A stretch of DNA of 64,000 nucleotides from Promethearchaeota archaeon (GTDB taxonomy: Archaea > Asgardarchaeota > Lokiarchaeia > Sigyniarchaeales > SOKP01), in contig JAEOTA010000081.1 in NCBI GenBank assembly GCA_016840085.1, positions 64,001 to 128,000 of the forward strand, written 5' to 3'. A program made the translations under genes and the position numbers. Below, piece by piece: positions 1 to 10,284 of this stretch. Position 1 is the stretch's first letter; each line of letters starts with the position of its first letter. The notes beneath the pieces were generated by a model. The model was not told the DNA's origin. It saw only the letters and a list, made by a program, of their open reading frames with translations, and searched no databases.

Positions 1-854
1 GCTTCTGATTCTCCCTCAATTTTACTAGATACCATTGAAATAGCTTGTTTTTGTTGAGTTTGAAAATTTTCAATATGCTCTTTATCTTTTCTAAGTTTTT
101 CAATAATAGCTAAAATATTCTGAGTTTGGGCAATCCAACCTATAGAATTTAATAATTGGACTGCTTCTTTATAATTATTTATAGCGTTATCAAATTTCTT
201 TTCCTTTTCAAATATCTTGGCTTTATCAATAAGAGAAAAAGCTTCATTTTGTACTTCTTCTTCACGTCTCTTTTGTTCTCTATATCTAGCAATCGTTTCT
301 GCTTTTTCTGGAGTAGATTTTTCTCCAAACATTCCAACAATTTGAGGTGATTGTTCTACTTGCTGTTGTGAGATTTGTTCTGAAGATATTTTCTCTTGTT
401 GTTGTTTTAATTGAAATTCTTGTTGTTGCTTAATATTATTTGCGAGTTTTTTTATTTTTACTCTCAGATTTTCTAATTGTACTTCAGGCCAACCCGATTG
501 GGCTAATAAATTAATAGCTGACATGTATTGCTGAATAGCATCTTCATAAAAACCATTAGATTCTAACTCTTTTGCTCCTTCTAAAAGTGAAAAAGCTTGA
601 TCTTGTACTTGTTCAATTTGAGCCTGGATCTGAGTATGTTCATAAAATTTTTCTTGTTTAAGAAAATTTTTTAATTCTTCTATTCTTTCATATATATCTT
701 GAATTCTATGAGTTAAAATTCCGCTTTGCTTTAGGTATTTAGCAGCTTTTTGATAATGGGATATTGCCTTTTCTGCATTTTTTTCCTCTTCAAAATTTTG
801 CGCAAGTTCTAAAAATTTTAAGGCTTCTTGAGCCAATTCGTCTGGATTTTGCAT
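1..854 (-). CDS. Helical-repeat (MIT/TPR-like) protein, runs off the left edge of the window
   Basis: Not in the ORF track because it has no stop in the window. ATG at 854, reads MQNPDELAQEALKFLELAQNFEEEKNAEKAISHYQKAAKYL. Three repeats of the form A-F-x-L-x3-A-x-x-(F/L)-E...A-I-x-x-Y-x-x-A-x-x-L-L-x-x-x-G-W, separated by Q/E-rich linkers. Confidence 0.75.
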   Translation of the reverse strand, partial: MQNPDELAQEALKFLELAQNFEEEKNAEKAISHYQKAAKYLKQSGILTHRIQDIYERIEELKNFLKQEKFYEHTQIQAQIEQVQDQAFSLLEGAKELESNGFYEDAIQQYMSAINLLAQSGWPEVQLENLRVKIKKLANNIKQQQEFQLKQQQEKISSEQISQQQVEQSPQIVGMFGEKSTPEKAETIARYREQKRREEEVQNEAFSLIDKAKIFEKEKKFDNAINNYKEAVQLLNSIGWIAQTQNILAIIEKLRKDKEHIENFQTQQKQAISMVSSKIEGESE

Positions 855-989
855 AATATAAAAATCTGACCAATTGTATTTTAATCAAATATATAACTAT
901 TGTTTTTCTTACTTAATTTACACTAAGTAATTAAACTTTTTATATTGTGATAACTATTTTAACTAAATTATTAAACACGATGAATATTA

Positions 990-2942
990 TTGAGCCAGAA
1001 ATTAAATAATAGAATTATAATAGACTTTGAACCAATTTCAAGAAGAGTATATCTACAAGAGGATAAAACTCTTTACGAAATCCTTACCGATTTAAATATT
1101 CCTATTCAAACGATATGTGGTGGATCAGGAACATGTGGAAAATGTAAAGTATTAATTCAGAGAGGAAAAGAATATCTAACACCTACAACGAATAATGAAA
1201 AAAATTTTGTAAAAACAAAGGAACTTGAGAATGGATGGAGATTAGCATGTCAGACAAGAGTAAACAAAAATAACATAAAAGAATTGGAAAAACAATCTTC
1301 CCCTCAATTTCGGATATTCTTACCGAATGAATTATTAATTGAAGATTTTAAAATCTTAGTAACTGGAACAGAAAAGGGGACAGAATTGTGGCCAGCAATT
1401 AAAAAAGTTTATATTGAGGTTAAGAAACCAACTTTACAGGAGCCTGTTCCTGATTATGAAAGAATCTTAACCGATCTTCTAGCTCAAAATAAAGATATAA
1501 AAAAGAATATTCAAATTGATTTTACTTTATTACAAGATTTGCCAAGTATTTTAAGACATAATGACCATAAAATTACATTAACTTTATGGAATTCTAATAA
1601 AATAATTGATTGCGAATTTGGGAATACTACTTATGATAATTTTGGAATTGCCTTTGATATTGGGACTACAACTATTGTGGGCTATTTAATCAATTTAAAT
1701 AATGGTAAAATCTATTCTGTTGACTCAAAATTAAATAGTCAAACAGCATATGGAGAAGACGTTATTACTCGTTTAACGTATATTAAAAACGATAAAAATA
1801 AGCTCAAAATATTAAATTCTACTTTGATAAACGATTTAAATAATATTATTGACAAGACTTCAACCGAAGCTAATATTAGTCCTTCTCAAATTTATGAAGC
1901 TACTATTGTTGGTAATTCTGTTATGCATCATATTTTTCTAGGATTAGATCCTGTAAATATTGGATTAAGCCCATTTATTCCTGTAATCAAAAAGGGATTA
2001 AATATTAAAGCGAAAGATTTAAAACTTAATATCTCTAAAAAAGGAAATGTTTATACTGCTCCACTTATTGCGGGATTCGTTGGAGCTGATACGATTGGAG
2101 TTATTCTCTCTTCTAATATTGAAAAGGAAAAAGAACTTACTTTAGCAATTGATATTGGAACAAATGGAGAAATTATTATAGGAAATCATAAATTTTTAGC
2201 TGTTGGATCATGTGCTGCAGGTTCCGCATTAGAAGGGGCTCATATTAGTGATGGAATAAGAGCAGCAGCAGGTGCAATCGATACTATAAAGATCACCCCT
2301 AAAAACCTTGATGTCTCTTACACAACAATTAGAAATAAAGAACCTATCGGTATATGTGGTTCTGGTTTGGTAGATGCTATAGCAGAAATGTTGAAATCTA
2401 AAATCCTAACAAGAAGTGGCAATTTTAATAAAGAATTTCTTGACCATGAGAGATTTATTAAAAAAGATAAAAATAATGAATTTATTATAGTTAAAAGAAA
2501 TGAAACATCTATTGGGAAAGATATAACTGTCACTCAAAATGATGTTAGACAAATCCAGATGGCAAAAGCAGCATTTTACTCGGGTTCAAGGATCATTTTA
2601 CAACATTTAGGAGATTCATTAGAAATTAAGCAAGTTTTCCTAGCTGGAGCTTTTGGAAACTATATTAACGCAAAAAATGCTAAATTTATAGGAATGATTC
2701 CAGATATCCATGATGAGAAAATCTTTCAAATCGGAAATGCCGCTGGGATAGGAGCTCAATATTGTTTGCTAAATAAGAATTTAAGAGATAAAGCAGAACA
2801 GTTATTAACTAAAATTCAATATGTAGAGATTGCAGTAAAAGAAGAATTTCAAAAAGAATACGCTGAAGCTATGTATTTTCCTCACTTAAATTTAAACTTA
2901 TTTCCAAATTTGAAAGAGTATAAAGAGATACCAAAAAGATAA
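990..2942 (+). CDS. ASKHA-domain ATP-dependent reductive activator of corrinoid proteins (RACo/RamA-like, DUF4445) with N-terminal 2Fe-2S ferredoxin
   Basis: CGGSGTCGKC...RLAC 2Fe-2S motif; DIGTTT, YGEDVITR, GFVGAD, DIGTNGE, GICGSG and AGAFG motifs. Confidence 0.9.
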   Translation: MSQKLNNRIIIDFEPISRRVYLQEDKTLYEILTDLNIPIQTICGGSGTCGKCKVLIQRGKEYLTPTTNNEKNFVKTKELENGWRLACQTRVNKNNIKELEKQSSPQFRIFLPNELLIEDFKILVTGTEKGTELWPAIKKVYIEVKKPTLQEPVPDYERILTDLLAQNKDIKKNIQIDFTLLQDLPSILRHNDHKITLTLWNSNKIIDCEFGNTTYDNFGIAFDIGTTTIVGYLINLNNGKIYSVDSKLNSQTAYGEDVITRLTYIKNDKNKLKILNSTLINDLNNIIDKTSTEANISPSQIYEATIVGNSVMHHIFLGLDPVNIGLSPFIPVIKKGLNIKAKDLKLNISKKGNVYTAPLIAGFVGADTIGVILSSNIEKEKELTLAIDIGTNGEIIIGNHKFLAVGSCAAGSALEGAHISDGIRAAAGAIDTIKITPKNLDVSYTTIRNKEPIGICGSGLVDAIAEMLKSKILTRSGNFNKEFLDHERFIKKDKNNEFIIVKRNETSIGKDITVTQNDVRQIQMAKAAFYSGSRIILQHLGDSLEIKQVFLAGAFGNYINAKNAKFIGMIPDIHDEKIFQIGNAAGIGAQYCLLNKNLRDKAEQLLTKIQYVEIAVKEEFQKEYAEAMYFPHLNLNLFPNLKEYKEIPKR

Positions 2943-3133
2943 ATTTGCTTTTAAATAAATAAAATTCAATTTGAGTTTTTGTAAAAATATTTAAATTTTT
3001 AATTTATCTAATCTATAATTTAATTTGTATTATCAAATTAAATAAATTCTTAAATATCATTTACAATAATATTTTATATACATAAACAAAAACTTTAAAA
3101 AAAAATATAAATAAACGACGTGAATGAAGCCTT

Positions 3134-3658
3134 ATGTCGAGTTTTAAGCTCAAAGTATTGTTAACGGGAGCCGCTGCTGTAGGTAAAACCAGCCTCGTCC
3201 AACGATTTATTAAAAATAGATTTCAAGCAAATTATAAATTAACTGTTGGAGTTGATATATTGACGAAGGATGTTGAATTCCGATCTGGTGAAATAGCAAC
3301 TCTATCGATATGGGATATTGGGGGACAGCAACGCTTCGAATTTATTCGAAGTACTTTCTATAAAGGTGCCGCTGGTGCCTTATTGGTATTTGACTTGACT
3401 CGAGAACAGACTTATACAGAAACTCGAAAATGGATGACAGAAATACGTCAATTTGCAGGTGAAAATATTCCTTTTGTCCTTATTGGAAACAAGGCAGATC
3501 TAATAGAGGATGTTGGGGTAGTGATCGATAGAAATGAAGCACGCTCATATGCGGAAAATGAGGGTAGTATTTATATAGAAACATCTGCAAAAACAGGAGT
3601 AAATGTAGACGAGGCTTTCACGGAACTCACACGAAGAATAATTGATTCTAGATCTTAA
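3134..3658 (+). CDS. Rab-like small GTPase
   Basis: G1 GAAAVGKTS, G3 WDIGGQ, G4 NKAD, G5 ETSAK; RabF-like motifs VGVDI, RFEFIR, FYKGA, LVFDLT; no C-terminal Cys. Confidence 0.93.
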   Translation: MSSFKLKVLLTGAAAVGKTSLVQRFIKNRFQANYKLTVGVDILTKDVEFRSGEIATLSIWDIGGQQRFEFIRSTFYKGAAGALLVFDLTREQTYTETRKWMTEIRQFAGENIPFVLIGNKADLIEDVGVVIDRNEARSYAENEGSIYIETSAKTGVNVDEAFTELTRRIIDSRS

Positions 3659-3752
3659 GAATTAAAATATGGTTTTTTCTTCGAATTCTGAAAATTATTT
3701 ATTTCTTAATTTTGAAGAAGTAATAATTTAATTACTTTCTCATGAAAATAAT

Positions 3753-5168
3753 TTAGTTAATAGGCTCAAATTCTTCATAAAGATCATCATGAATAATTTT
3801 TATCGCATCTATTAATCGATCTTTGGCTATAACAATAGAAAGATTTAATTCATCATAACTTTGAGAAATCGATTTAACTTTTATATTCTTTTTATCTAAA
3901 GCATTGAATATTTTTGCTTTAGTTTGATTTTCAAGGACTTTTAGACCTATTATGTTAATCACAGCAACATCTTCCCATTTTATCTCAAAAAATTCAGAGT
4001 AAAATTCAGAATTTTTTAATGCTTGAATCGCTTTTTTTGAGTCTTCTGCTTTAACGATGAATGATGTGCTTATTTCAGAAGAACTTTGCGCTACTAGTGA
4101 AACGCTAATATTATTTTTACTCATTTTTTTGAATATCTTTGCTAAAATCCCTGGAACATCAACCATGCTCCCAGAAATTATAGTAATTATTGTTGCCAAT
4201 TCTACAGCAGAAATTCCCTTAATATGTTTGACATCAGTATGTTCAGAAATCTCAGTAAAGTTCTTTTCTAATGGATTATCAAAATTTCTGATTTCTAAGG
4301 GGATTTTATATTTTTCTATTGCTTCTAAACATTTAGGATGGAGAATTTTAGCTCCAAAATTAGCGATATGTTTTGCTTCAGTATAATCTAGATTCTTAAT
4401 AAGGGAAGATTGAGGAACATATTTCGGATTTATTGCCAATAATCCACCGACATCTTTCCATAAAATTACTTTTATATTTTTATCTATACCCACATTATAA
4501 AGTGAATGTGCTAAAATCGTTGCTGAATAATCTGAGCCTCCTCTTCCTAATGTTGTAATATATCCGATCTTATTTCTTCCAATAAAGCCAGTAAAACATA
4601 TAATTATATCCTTTTTAGGATTCTCTAAAATTGGGATTAAATATTTTTCAACTCGAGAGTTTGTTAAATCATATAAAGGATAAGCGTTATTAAATTCATC
4701 ATTTGTGATAATAACTTTATTTGCTGGGATATAAACAGAATCTATTTTATTACTTGCTAGATACTGATCTAAAATATATGTCGATATTATTTCACCGAAA
4801 CTCGATATATAATCCTTATAATAGGGTTCTAAACCAAATTCTTTAATATCTGCTAAAGTATCTTCTAATTCACTTAATTTATCATCAATCCAATCTTTTA
4901 CTTTAAAATAATATTCAGTTTCCTCTTTAAATATCTGTTCAATTATGTCAATATGCTTTTTCTCAATTAAAGCAATATTTTTATCAATATCTTTAATATC
5001 TTCTAAATTTTGAGCTGTTTTTAAGAGTAAATCTGTTATTCCACTAAAGGCTGAAGTAACATACACTTTTTTTACATTTTTATAAAGTTCTGTAATTTTA
5101 AGAATCTGTTTAAAAGAAATTTTATCAGTTAAACAAGAACCTCCGAATTTCATCACTACAATCGGCAT
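3753..5168 (-). CDS. lysC: Aspartate kinase with C-terminal ACT domains
   Basis: VMKFGGS, SAFSGITD, TTLGRGGSDYSA and FGAKILHP motifs. Confidence 0.92.
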   Translation of the reverse strand: MPIVVMKFGGSCLTDKISFKQILKITELYKNVKKVYVTSAFSGITDLLLKTAQNLEDIKDIDKNIALIEKKHIDIIEQIFKEETEYYFKVKDWIDDKLSELEDTLADIKEFGLEPYYKDYISSFGEIISTYILDQYLASNKIDSVYIPANKVIITNDEFNNAYPLYDLTNSRVEKYLIPILENPKKDIIICFTGFIGRNKIGYITTLGRGGSDYSATILAHSLYNVGIDKNIKVILWKDVGGLLAINPKYVPQSSLIKNLDYTEAKHIANFGAKILHPKCLEAIEKYKIPLEIRNFDNPLEKNFTEISEHTDVKHIKGISAVELATIITIISGSMVDVPGILAKIFKKMSKNNISVSLVAQSSSEISTSFIVKAEDSKKAIQALKNSEFYSEFFEIKWEDVAVINIIGLKVLENQTKAKIFNALDKKNIKVKSISQSYDELNLSIVIAKDRLIDAIKIIHDDLYEEFEPIN

Positions 5169-5348
5169 ATTTCTCCAATCTAACTTATGACGCTCTAGTT
5201 CTATTAATTTTAATTAATAAATATATTTTATCCAATAAAAATCATAAAAAAGACATTAAGTATTTTTGAAATTTATTATCTAAATGAAGCAGAGTAATTG
5301 TACTTATTTTAAGAAAAAGTAAAATGGTAATATTAATTTAATAATAAG

Positions 5349-6221
5349 ATGATAGATTTACATTTACATTCTACTAGTTCTGACGGACTGCAAACACCTT
5401 CTCAATTAATCGATTTAGCAACTGACCTTAAATTAAAAGCGATTGCACTGACAGATCATGATACAGTAGCGGGAGTAGATGGATTTTTATTATATGGAGA
5501 AACTAAAGAGATAATCGTTATTCCGGGCTTAGAAATATCAATAAGACATGAACCAGATAGAGAAATAATAGATGTTCATATAATTGGTTTGAATATTGAT
5601 CACAAATCAACAAAATTGATTAATGTAATTGAAGATCAAATAAAGGGTAGATTAGAACAAAAAAAAGCAATTTGTAAGCGTCTACGAGAGGAATTTGGTT
5701 ATAATATAACATTTGAAGAAGTTAAAACCTATGCAGGAGGAAAGGTTGTTGGTCGACCACATATAGTTGAAATTATGAAAAAAAATAATCCTGATAAAGT
5801 TAAAGTAAAGTCTGCCAATCAATTATTTAAGATGATAAGTATAAATGGTGAAGCGTTTGTAGATCGTGAAATAGAGCTTAATCTGGAAGAGTCCATTGAA
5901 TTAATTAAATCTGCTGGCGGAATTCCAATTCTGGCACATCCAGGAATTTATGAGATTTCAGATAGAACTAAGTTTATAGAATTATTTATTAGCGCGGGAA
6001 TAGAGGGAATCGAAGTAGAGTATACATATAATAAAAATAGACCTTTTTCCCAAACAGATAAAGCAAATTGGGCACAAAGCTTCTTTCCAGGTTATTTTCG
6101 AAAAATTGCTGAAAAATTTAACCTCATCAAATCAGGAGGATCTGATTATCACGGAGGTAAAAAAGGGATAAAAATTGGAGACGCCAAAGTTCCAGATGCA
6201 TATTTAAAGAGTTTTATTTAA
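5349..6221 (+). CDS. PHP-domain metal-dependent phosphoesterase (YciV/TrpH-like)
   Basis: DLHLHSTSSDG, ALTDHDT, GRPH, LAHP and GGSDYHG motifs. Confidence 0.88.
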   Translation: MIDLHLHSTSSDGLQTPSQLIDLATDLKLKAIALTDHDTVAGVDGFLLYGETKEIIVIPGLEISIRHEPDREIIDVHIIGLNIDHKSTKLINVIEDQIKGRLEQKKAICKRLREEFGYNITFEEVKTYAGGKVVGRPHIVEIMKKNNPDKVKVKSANQLFKMISINGEAFVDREIELNLEESIELIKSAGGIPILAHPGIYEISDRTKFIELFISAGIEGIEVEYTYNKNRPFSQTDKANWAQSFFPGYFRKIAEKFNLIKSGGSDYHGGKKGIKIGDAKVPDAYLKSFI

Positions 6222-6265
6222 TTTGATATCTAGAATTTCATTCCTTTAAATTCAGTTTTCTTATT

Positions 6266-7735
6266 TTAATCACTTTCTAAATTAGATTTAATATTATTTG
6301 CTCTTTCTTTCAAGATCTCTCTAATCTGATTAGCATCTTTTTCGCTTGTAAAGAAAAGTGGAACCCATAAGCAAATTGATAAAATACCAAATATTAAAGT
6401 TGACCATAATATTGTTAACGAAAAACTATCTGTCCACGCAATTATAAAACCTCCTAAGACGACCCCAATTGATCTTCCTACAAAATCAATAAACGATCCC
6501 ATTGCTACGATTGTTCCTCTATGCTCCGGTAAATTTACATCTATTAAAGAACTATACCAATTTGGTGCGATTCCAAAAGTAAAGGCAAAACCAATCCCTA
6601 ATAACGAGGAATAAATAATCCATAAAACCCAAAATCCTGTTAAATTAACTGATAGACTTCCAAAAAAAAAGGTTTTATTTGAAACATTAGGTGTCAGTAA
6701 AAAGCCCCCTAAAAGAAAGGGTAATGTAAGAATCGAACAAATTGTAGCAATTTTAATTCTTCCACTTGAGTCACCTCTCTTTACCTTTTTATCTCCCCAA
6801 TGAGCCAACCAAAACTGTCCAAAAATTAATCCTAAACCAATGACAAAGAGAAGCAGAACACCAAGTGTTAATATACTAAAAGAATCGGAAAATGAAATTC
6901 CTAATTCGAGATTTAAATAAGGAAAAATATATGCCACAAGTAGTCCTGAAGCTATTACATCAAAGAAATTTAATGTTAAAAAAATATTAGATTTCCTTAT
7001 GTAAATATTTTTCAAATCACTAAATTTTATTTTATAAGAATATTGAAGTGTATCCTCTGTTAAGATTGATTCCAAATATTTTTCTTTTGCAGCTCTTTTT
7101 GGTTCAGTAGTAAGAAATAGACAGAAAATAGTGAAAATGAAGCCAACAAGACCAAGAATTAAAAAGGGAAGCCGCCATGTATTTAGCAAATTAGGAAAAT
7201 TTAAAGAGATATATGAAATATTTTCTCTAATACTTTCAGATTCTATATCAATTCTTTCATAGGGAATTTTATTAAAGGATAATGCAAAGAATGTAGCAAA
7301 TAACGAACCGATTGTTGATAATAATGACCACACAGCAAATGATTTTGACCTTGATTCTGAAGAGACCATATCTGCAATATAAGAAATGATTAAAGGACCT
7401 GTTATTCCTGTTGCTATAGCAGCGAGAATACGTGCTAAAATCAACTGCCATAGATCAGTAATAAAAATATGAATCATTGCTGTCATGGACCAAAACAATC
7501 CTGCAATGACTAACAACTTTTTTCTTTCAATAAGATCTGTAGCATACCCCGAAATAACAATAGTTACTCCATGGACTATTGTATAAATTCCGAGAATAAT
7601 ACCAATAGTGTCAAAAAATATTCCTAAATCCGCGGCAATTAATACTTGGTTTGGAAGTATTAACGGACTATCCATTATAATGATTATTACTAAGATTAAA
7701 AATAAAGATAATGAGAGATATTCTCTTTTTTTCAT
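6266..7735 (-). CDS. MFS transporter (spinster-like)
   Basis: About 12 hydrophobic segments; GYATDLIERKK motif-A-like loop, WRLPF, PEHRG. Confidence 0.8.
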   Translation of the reverse strand: MKKREYLSLSLFLILVIIIIMDSPLILPNQVLIAADLGIFFDTIGIILGIYTIVHGVTIVISGYATDLIERKKLLVIAGLFWSMTAMIHIFITDLWQLILARILAAIATGITGPLIISYIADMVSSESRSKSFAVWSLLSTIGSLFATFFALSFNKIPYERIDIESESIRENISYISLNFPNLLNTWRLPFLILGLVGFIFTIFCLFLTTEPKRAAKEKYLESILTEDTLQYSYKIKFSDLKNIYIRKSNIFLTLNFFDVIASGLLVAYIFPYLNLELGISFSDSFSILTLGVLLLFVIGLGLIFGQFWLAHWGDKKVKRGDSSGRIKIATICSILTLPFLLGGFLLTPNVSNKTFFFGSLSVNLTGFWVLWIIYSSLLGIGFAFTFGIAPNWYSSLIDVNLPEHRGTIVAMGSFIDFVGRSIGVVLGGFIIAWTDSFSLTILWSTLIFGILSICLWVPLFFTSEKDANQIREILKERANNIKSNLESD

Positions 7736-7777
7736 TTTTATATTAAGAGCTTAAAATTAGATAAAGAAACAGTAGGA

Positions 7778-9643
7778 TTATTGATTTAAAAGATTTTGGA
7801 TTTCATAGATTTGGTCATCTAATTTTTTCACTAAAAGAGTTATTTTCTTCTTTTTTTCTTCAAGTTCTTCAGCAGAAATTTCTCCTTGTAGTTCTTGCAT
7901 ATCATAGTCTAACGCCATTTTATTTAAATTTGCTTTTTTTATCTTTATATCAAGCAATTGTTTTTTCAAATCTTCATTTTGATACCTATTCGTTATTGAA
8001 ATCGCTTCTGTAGTCGTAGAAGTTTCCAAGGGAGGGATTCCTTCAGATTCTTCTTTTAAAACTTTTTGATATTTCATTTCTAGCGGTTTTTCGTCAATTT
8101 TTTGAACAAATGGTTGCTCAGGTTGAGTTTTGATAACATTAGATTTTATTTTTAAAGATGGAGTCGCTGAGAGAGGTTTTGTGATTTTTTGTTCTGCGTC
8201 ACTTTTTATCTGACCATACGGAGAAATTTTTAACTGAGATTTAGCCTCTTTTGGAACAGTAACCACTCTTTTTGGTCGAATTTTAACCATAAAATCTTCA
8301 GGCTTTAATTTTAAACTTGTAGGTTCTTGAGCAATTTCTGGTTTTTTAAGCCCTTCTTGTTTAGGTATTTCCTTAATATCTTCAGTTTTTTCCTGAAGTA
8401 CTTCTTGTTCTATTCTTGGTTTTTCAATTGAAAACGGGCTTTTTTGAGGTGGATTTACTGATGGAGGAAGATGTGGTGGCGGAGGAGTTTTAAAAATTTT
8501 TGGTTCTTCAATGGGTATAGGGGCCTTAGATGTTTCAGACGGAACAGCTTTTTGGACTCTATCCGCATCTATAGGGTGTGCAGGGGTAACTTGCGGTGCT
8601 TCAACTTGTTCTAACATTGTTTTTATTTTTTGTGATTTCTCAAAAAATTCCTTTCCTAATGAATCATCTCCTAATTCCACGCATAAACTACTGATTTTAT
8701 CAAATAGAAATGCTGCTTTATCAAAATCAGCATCCTTCAAAACTTTTGTTGCCTCTTCAATCAATTTATCCCTCTCTAATAATGGCTTTAAAAGAGGAGA
8801 AACCTCTGCACTCATCTCTAAGATATCTGCGATTATTTGAATCATTTTATTACGATTTTCTGGATCTTTAGCTATCATTGAATAAGTTTTCAATCCTAAA
8901 ATTCTTTCGATTTGGGAAGGGTCCATAGCTCCTTCTAAATCTTGTTTATTGCCTATTATAGATGTATGTGCATCAGGTGCTTGTTCTTTTATTAATTCTA
9001 AGAAAAATTTGCTTTTTTCAACATTTTCTAATGTAGAATCAGTAATCAGGAGAACCGCATCACTTCCTTTAATAAAATTATTCCATAAGTAGCTAAATTG
9101 TTCCTGTCCTGCAAAATCCCATAAATGAAAATATAATTTACCAATTCTAATTGTAGCAATTTCGCCTGTGATCGTAGGTATATGTTGCATAGGGATTTCC
9201 TCTGCACGAATTAATTTAGTGATTGTAGTTTTACCTACTCCAGAAAATCCAACTAAAGATATTTTTGGTCTTAAATTTTTATGGATTCCATCTACTATTG
9301 GATCAAAAACTTCGAAAGTTTTGGCATCAAACCTGTGTTGTAGGATATCTTCAAATAAAGTTCCGAATTCTTTTCTACATCTCTCTAATTCTTTTTTAAC
9401 ATTATCAAATTTATCTGTTAACCCAGTTACAAATATGAACAGTAAGTCTAATTCTTTTTGTGTTATAAATGATACTTTAAATTTATAAAAATCATGAGAT
9501 TCTACTATATCTATTTCTCTTGAGGATACATCTTGCATAATTTCTTCTACTAGAAGACTCAATGCTTCTTGTTTCATTGCTTTACCGAAATGCCTATAAT
9601 ATAGAAGCTCTTCACCCTTATATATAAATACTTGACGTAAAAT
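7778..9643 (-). CDS. Longin-like domain + small GTPase + helical domain + Pro-rich linker + SHOCT-like C-terminus (start extended from 9577 to a probable ATT at 9643)
   Basis: G1 GFSGVGKTT, G3 WDFAGQ, G4 NKQD. The frame stays open upstream of ATG 9577 (ILRQVFIYKGEELLYYRHFGKA) as far as TGA at 9650-9652, and a GGTGA SD-like sequence lies just upstream of ATT 9643. Confidence 0.8.
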   Translation of the reverse strand: MLRQVFIYKGEELLYYRHFGKAMKQEALSLLVEEIMQDVSSREIDIVESHDFYKFKVSFITQKELDLLFIFVTGLTDKFDNVKKELERCRKEFGTLFEDILQHRFDAKTFEVFDPIVDGIHKNLRPKISLVGFSGVGKTTITKLIRAEEIPMQHIPTITGEIATIRIGKLYFHLWDFAGQEQFSYLWNNFIKGSDAVLLITDSTLENVEKSKFFLELIKEQAPDAHTSIIGNKQDLEGAMDPSQIERILGLKTYSMIAKDPENRNKMIQIIADILEMSAEVSPLLKPLLERDKLIEEATKVLKDADFDKAAFLFDKISSLCVELGDDSLGKEFFEKSQKIKTMLEQVEAPQVTPAHPIDADRVQKAVPSETSKAPIPIEEPKIFKTPPPPHLPPSVNPPQKSPFSIEKPRIEQEVLQEKTEDIKEIPKQEGLKKPEIAQEPTSLKLKPEDFMVKIRPKRVVTVPKEAKSQLKISPYGQIKSDAEQKITKPLSATPSLKIKSNVIKTQPEQPFVQKIDEKPLEMKYQKVLKEESEGIPPLETSTTTEAISITNRYQNEDLKKQLLDIKIKKANLNKMALDYDMQELQGEISAEELEEKKKKITLLVKKLDDQIYEIQNLLNQ

Positions 9644-9683
9644 AGCTTTTCACCAAAAAAGTATATAATTTACCCTCTTAAAA

Positions 9684-10172
9684 CTAATTCGAGAGATATT
9701 TTACTAAATCCTTAATAATCGAATATTTATCCTTTTTAATTTTTTCTTCTTTTAAAGTATCTTCTATTTTTGTAATCTCTTTTGAGAAATCAAAGATAGA
9801 AAATTCATGAATCTCTTCTTCAGAACTTTCACTTAATTTTTTCAAAAAAACACCAATACTTGGCATAAATTTTGCTAAGTTTACGCTTAATTCAAGTTTA
9901 GAAATTAATATTAAATCTTCTATAAATGTAAATAAATAGTTATTCTTTTTAGCTTCCAACGCAAATGAATTAATATTTTCTAAACTTAATTCAGCAGCAA
10001 TTTCTTTAGAATTTGAAATCAATGATAGAATTTTTTGAGGAATTACTTTTCCTTTAGAGAATTCCTTAATTGCCGATCCTAGTATAATTCCATATTTATT
10101 AGCGATTGCACATTCAGCATTTAAGTCAGATTTTAGTTGAGAGATAATTTCCTCGTAATTAATTTGATTCAT
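9684..10172 (-). CDS. Roadblock/LC7-like domain protein with C-terminal helical tail
   Basis: ECAIANKYGIILGSAI beta-hairpin pattern typical of roadblock domains; directly upstream of the GTPase on the same strand. Confidence 0.65.
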   Translation of the reverse strand: MNQINYEEIISQLKSDLNAECAIANKYGIILGSAIKEFSKGKVIPQKILSLISNSKEIAAELSLENINSFALEAKKNNYLFTFIEDLILISKLELSVNLAKFMPSIGVFLKKLSESSEEEIHEFSIFDFSKEITKIEDTLKEEKIKKDKYSIIKDLVKYLSN

Positions 10173-10284
10173 AATTTGGAAGTATTGCTTTTTAATAAAT
10201 AATGAAAACCTATTTATTTATATTTATTTTGTTATTAGAATCAATATAATACTAAGATTCTTAAGAATTTAATAAATAAAGAAA

